Shown here: one piece after another, positions 59,763 through 63,319 of the stretch
How positions within the stretch are numbered: position 1 is the first letter of the stretch
Layout: every line of letters starts with the position of its first letter
NCBI GenBank assembly: GCA_947455435.1
Contig: CANGNZ010000001.1
Span: 1-63,319, forward strand
Length of the DNA: 63,319 nucleotides
Source of the DNA: Microbacteriaceae bacterium
GTDB taxonomy: Bacteria; Actinomycetota; Actinomycetes; Actinomycetales; Microbacteriaceae
Reading direction: 5' to 3'
Notes under the pieces: generated by a model
The model's database searches: none
Told to the model about the DNA's origin: nothing
The model's input: only the letters and a program-made list of their open reading frames with translations
Made by a program: the position numbers and the translations under genes

Positions 59763-60311
59763 ATGCCAGATGAAGAATCGACACCTAGCGAACCAACCGA
59801 ACTAAACGGTGCCGAGAAGGCAGCATTATTTCGCAAGTCAGCCACGAAGCTGATCTGGCAGGGAACAGCGTGGTTTGGTGCTTCGGTCATCGCCTTCGTC
59901 ATTGCTCTCGCGAGCACGTCCACGACAGTGTTTTATTACTACGGCGGCTTCCTCTTTGGTGCCGTTCTTTGGTATCGCTCATTCAAATTGAACAAAGAGG
60001 CAGACAAACTTGGCCAGCCCAAGGCAAGTCAGCAACGTATCGCCTTTGCCACAGCAGGCATTCTTATCGTTCTTTTTGCGTCTTTGGTTCTGCCTGAATC
60101 AATCAGGGTTGGTTCACCAGGAGTCGGAACCTGCTGGGGTGAAGATTCAGATAAAAACGCCGTGCCAGTAGCCTGCTTCGCACCAACCGCTGAATACAAA
60201 GCTGTCGAGTTGGCCGCCAACCCAGACAACTGCCCAATGGCTTCAGATAACTACCTAGACCCAGATAAAAACCAGCCAAAATACACCTGCCTGGAGGCGT
60301 TGAAGAAGTAA
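59763..60311 (+). CDS. Membrane protein with C-terminal four-Cys LppU/SCO3897-like domain
   Basis: Three TMs, then VGTCW...VPVAC..AEYKAV...CP...YTCLE; AAGGGG SD. Confidence 0.65.
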   Translation: MPDEESTPSEPTELNGAEKAALFRKSATKLIWQGTAWFGASVIAFVIALASTSTTVFYYYGGFLFGAVLWYRSFKLNKEADKLGQPKASQQRIAFATAGILIVLFASLVLPESIRVGSPGVGTCWGEDSDKNAVPVACFAPTAEYKAVELAANPDNCPMASDNYLDPDKNQPKYTCLEALKK

Positions 60312-60361
60312 TCGTCGCGCCTCAGCGACGCACCAGCATTTTGGGCATACGCTTACCGTCT

Positions 60362-60595
60362 ATGCCAAAGCTAAGAACACTCCCCCGCGAGCTGGATCGG
60401 CCACACCCTGACCGCTTGAATGAGGAGAACCCGCGCTTTGAAGAAATCATGTTTAAACACAACCTTTCCATCACGCTCGGGCAGGCTGGCTACATCGACC
60501 CAGAGACTGGCTATTTTGTGTTCAATGCCAAGACGTTGGCCGATGAAGGCAAATGCTGCGCGAACCTTTGCCGGCACTGCCCTTTTAAGCGCTGA
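60362..60595 (+). CDS. DUF5522-like Cys-rich protein
   Basis: YIDPETGYFVF, GKCCANLCRHCPF. Confidence 0.8.
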   Translation: MPKLRTLPRELDRPHPDRLNEENPRFEEIMFKHNLSITLGQAGYIDPETGYFVFNAKTLADEGKCCANLCRHCPFKR

Positions 60596-60944
60596 GTCTT
60601 CGCGAAGACTTCCAGGCGAAATACATCAGAGGTAGCTGCAACGGCAATCTGAGCCAGGCTGCAAAAATTACCCAGAACTCGTTTGAATTCGAAACGTTGA
60701 TTGCGAACCAGATGTTTGCTGGCCACACGGCGAGCAACACCAAAGTTGAGAGCCAGCCCGCCCACCGCTGTTTGAGCAAAAACCCAACTGCGCAGGCAAG
60801 TTCAAAAACTCCGCTGACATAAATGAGCAGAGTGTGCTGCGGCAACCAGTGTGGCATTAGCCATTCGAAAGCCGAAGGGTTAATCAGATGTAGGAGGCCG
60901 CTGGCAATGAAGATGCCGGTGAGTATTCGGTTTGATACCTTCAT
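60585..60944 (-). CDS. DoxX-like membrane protein
   Basis: SGLLHL, MPHWLP, SGVFEL, VWPANI, RLPLQLPL. Confidence 0.82.
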   Translation of the reverse strand: MKVSNRILTGIFIASGLLHLINPSAFEWLMPHWLPQHTLLIYVSGVFELACAVGFLLKQRWAGWLSTLVLLAVWPANIWFAINVSNSNEFWVIFAAWLRLPLQLPLMYFAWKSSRRLSA

Positions 60945-61003
60945 CGGGCTCCTTTGCCTCGCTCAATTGAAATAAACATACCCGACATGCTTTTATAGAA
61001 GTT

Positions 61004-61369
61004 ATGAACGAAAAAGATTTGATCGAGCTTTGGAACCGCAACCGCACACAGCTGGTTGTTGCCCAGTTTGCTCCAACTTTCTTGTTGATCACCACCGCCG
61101 GTCTTGTGCCAGCCGTCAGATCAGCAGGCACATTCACAACTTGGGCGGTGCTTGGCATTTTGCTCGCTTCGGGAATCCTCGGCTCATTGGTCGAGTATTC
61201 GGCCGCGCATGAGGCTCAAGCTGTGGCTCGAGACCTAGCAGCGATTGGTAACAGCGCGATCTCGAAAACCATCGCCAAGACCGCCTCTTGGTTGCACGTT
61301 GCCAAGTATCTGACCCCAGCAATCTTTGTTGGCATTTTTGTAGCGCTTAGTGAGGCACTCCTTGGCTAG
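61004..61369 (+). CDS. Hypothetical three-TM membrane protein
   Basis: MNEKDLIELWN, QFAPTFLL, GILLASGILG; hydrophobic. Confidence 0.65.
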   Translation: MNEKDLIELWNRNRTQLVVAQFAPTFLLITTAGLVPAVRSAGTFTTWAVLGILLASGILGSLVEYSAAHEAQAVARDLAAIGNSAISKTIAKTASWLHVAKYLTPAIFVGIFVALSEALLG

Positions 61370-61706
61370 ATTCATCATCTCTTTCAACGACGGCGACATG
61401 CGAGTAGCCGACGACGAGTGGGAGCTCGTCGCAGAAGAATCACACGCTGTGGTTCGCGAAGCCAAGGAAGCCGGCGTTTGGATTTTCGGCGGCGGTTTTC
61501 ACACCTACGAGCCAGTGGTCGTCAGCGAGGACGGCACGGTTACGGCTGGGCCGATCACCAAGAGCGACGTCGTCCTAGGCGGATTTTCGGTGCTCGAGGT
61601 GGCGAATCGAGAAGAGGCTTATTACTGGGCGGCAAAGATTGCCAAAGGTTGCCGTTGCCCTCAAGAGGTGCGCGAGTTTATCGACGACCCAGAATCAGTG
61701 AACTAA
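61362..61706 (+). CDS. YciI/DGPF-like dimeric alpha-beta barrel protein
   Basis: AGVWIFGGG, DGTVTAGP, LGGFSVLEV..REEA..WAAKIA, QEVREF; probable TTG start at 61362. Confidence 0.8.
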   Translation: MARFIISFNDGDMRVADDEWELVAEESHAVVREAKEAGVWIFGGGFHTYEPVVVSEDGTVTAGPITKSDVVLGGFSVLEVANREEAYYWAAKIAKGCRCPQEVREFIDDPESVN

Positions 61707-62071
61707 ACGACACCCAAAAGGTCGATAACAAAGACCAAGGTTCGCCCCGAAAGGTGGTGGCCTGCGCCGGCTTCACCGTAGGCATAAACCGGTGGGCAAA
61801 TAAGGGTGCGACGACCGCCAACCTTCATGCCAGGAATTCCTTCTTGCCAGCCTTTGATCAGGCGGTTCAGCGGAAACTCGATAGGTGTTCCACGGCCCCA
61901 AGATGAGTCAAACTCTTCACCGGTTTCGTAGTCAACGCCGAGGTAATGCACCTTTACGGTTGCTCCAACTGGAGCCTCGATTCCGGTGCCTTCGTGAACT
62001 TCCTGGATGGTTAGCTCTGCTGGAGCCGGCTCAAACATCGGCTCAACGGTTGGTCTTTGTAGTTCGGTCAT
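61703..62071 (-). CDS. FKBP-type peptidyl-prolyl isomerase
   Basis: VHYLG, FDSSWGRG, LIKGWQEGIPGMKVGGRR, AYG, LVFVIDL. Confidence 0.94.
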   Translation of the reverse strand: MTELQRPTVEPMFEPAPAELTIQEVHEGTGIEAPVGATVKVHYLGVDYETGEEFDSSWGRGTPIEFPLNRLIKGWQEGIPGMKVGGRRTLICPPVYAYGEAGAGHHLSGRTLVFVIDLLGVV

Positions 62072-62679
62072 AGTGAAACTTTAGCCCAGCTGCTTTGTCT
62101 TTGCCCGAAGTAAATGACCAATACGACCACCGAGACCTGCAGTGCCTGGCTAGTGGTTACTACCCGCTCCCAGATGCCGATGTTGGTTGCTGCTGGGTCT
62201 GACCAAACAATTAGAAACGCGATAGCGATGGCTGCCTGGTAAGCGGTTTGAATGATGGCCCATTTCGGGCGAATGATTGCGGGGGAGTCTTTGCGAAAGC
62301 GCATCGCAGCAAGCATCCAGCCAGCAGATAAAACGAATGATGTAATCGCAAAAAGTAGGTGCATCGCCGAGTGTCCGATAAGCGGGGTTGGGAAGATCGT
62401 GAGACCGTAGGTGCAAAGGCCCGAGATGAAAAGCGCGAGGCGCCCAGGAAACGCAAATGTGTGCGCGAAGATTGCGGCGAGAATCGTCAGGGTTCCGCCA
62501 AGGATAAAGAAGGTCGACTGCAAAACATGGGTGGGGGCGTCAAGCGAAGCAAGTTCGCTAATTGTTTGCCTGCCCGCATCGTAGCCAGGCGTGATTGCTC
62601 CAGAGATCGTCCAACCTAGGACCGATTGAACTGGACCGATCACCGCGGCGACAACGGCGATCTTAGAAATTGGTTTCAT
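62068..62679 (-). CDS. DUF998 family membrane protein
   Basis: PGYDAGRQTISELAS, IFPT, MHLLFA, GIWERV; GGAG SD before Met at 62679. Confidence 0.8.
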   Translation of the reverse strand: MKPISKIAVVAAVIGPVQSVLGWTISGAITPGYDAGRQTISELASLDAPTHVLQSTFFILGGTLTILAAIFAHTFAFPGRLALFISGLCTYGLTIFPTPLIGHSAMHLLFAITSFVLSAGWMLAAMRFRKDSPAIIRPKWAIIQTAYQAAIAIAFLIVWSDPAATNIGIWERVVTTSQALQVSVVVLVIYFGQRQSSWAKVSL

Positions 62680-62680
62680 G

Positions 62681-63319
62681 CTATCTCCTGTGGTGAAACG
62701 GTTGAAGTGCGTCATCGGGGATCTGACCGAAACGTCCGTAGTTGAAGTCTTCCACGGCTTGAATAACTTCTTCCTTGGTGTTCATCACAAACGGGCCGTA
62801 GGCAACAACTGGCTCCTTGATTGGCTGGCCGCCAAGCAAGAAAACTTCAAGCGCCTCGTTGCTTGAATCCTGGACGCTATCGGCAGAAATGACGATTCGA
62901 TCACCACGACCAAAAACAGCCAAAGATGATGTTGGCAACTCAGCCGTCGAACCGCCGAATGAGTTTTCACCTACGGTTCCCGTGCCTGCCAGTGCGAATG
63001 CGAGGGCATTGAACTCCGGATTCCAAGGAATCGAAACCGAGGCTCCGGGGGCAATCGTCACGTGAGCGATCGTGATCGGTGTTTGTGAAACTCCTGGGCC
63101 AACGTGACCGTCGATCGAGCCAGCGATTACGCGGATCAACGAACCGCCGTCTTGGCTGGCAATCAATTTAACGTCGTTGCCTTCAAGGTTTTGGTAGTTC
63201 GGGTTGCTCATCTTCTTAACAGAAGGCAGGTTGATCCAAAGCTGGATGCCGTGAAACAGTCCACCTGCCATAACCAAATCGTCTGGTGGTGTTTCGATGT
63301 GCAAAACCCCTGAACCGGC
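62681..63319 (-). CDS. Pirin family protein, 3' part (5' end outside window)
   Basis: AGSGVLHIETP, HGIQLWINLP, GGQPIKEPVVAYGPFVMNT. Confidence 0.92.
   Translation of the reverse strand, partial: AGSGVLHIETPPDDLVMAGGLFHGIQLWINLPSVKKMSNPNYQNLEGNDVKLIASQDGGSLIRVIAGSIDGHVGPGVSQTPITIAHVTIAPGASVSIPWNPEFNALAFALAGTGTVGENSFGGSTAELPTSSLAVFGRGDRIVISADSVQDSSNEALEVFLLGGQPIKEPVVAYGPFVMNTKEEVIQAVEDFNYGRFGQIPDDALQPFHHRR

Overview
Gene-dense, apparently streamlined actinobacterial chromosome segment. Gene content and order are typical of Microbacteriaceae; the moderate GC and tiny intergenic gaps suggest a small-genome freshwater Luna-cluster type such as Rhodoluna/Aquiluna (inference). It is mostly core genome: ispE-rsmA-tatD-metG-rsmI, pmt, ideR/serC, XPB helicase locus, a PhoP/MprA-like two-component system followed by an orphan WXG100 gene, groEL with two CIRCE boxes, cspA, msrB, msiK with its msiK RNA leader, rlmB-cysS-ispDF-carD, senX3-regX3-phoU, gpmA, glnR-ppk1-mutT1 and glpK. 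There are three tRNAs (Arg-CCT, Thr-TGT, Lys-TTT). Accessory-looking items are a 1204-aa secreted RTX/Ig-like/FN3 protein next to tRNA-Thr, a secreted CBM41-GH13 amylase and a cluster of small genes after tRNA-Lys. I saw no integrase, transposase, rRNA or CRISPR array. The best candidate for an undescribed system is a leaderless 15-codon uORF that spans an intrinsic terminator and stops inside the ribosome-binding site of an HNH nuclease gene (a putative translation-sensing attenuator). Other notable items are a probably catalytically dead DUF4011 helicase-nuclease, a stand-alone histone-H1-like protein and an unannotated 36-aa membrane peptide. All calls come from reading the sequence and motifs; no searches were run.
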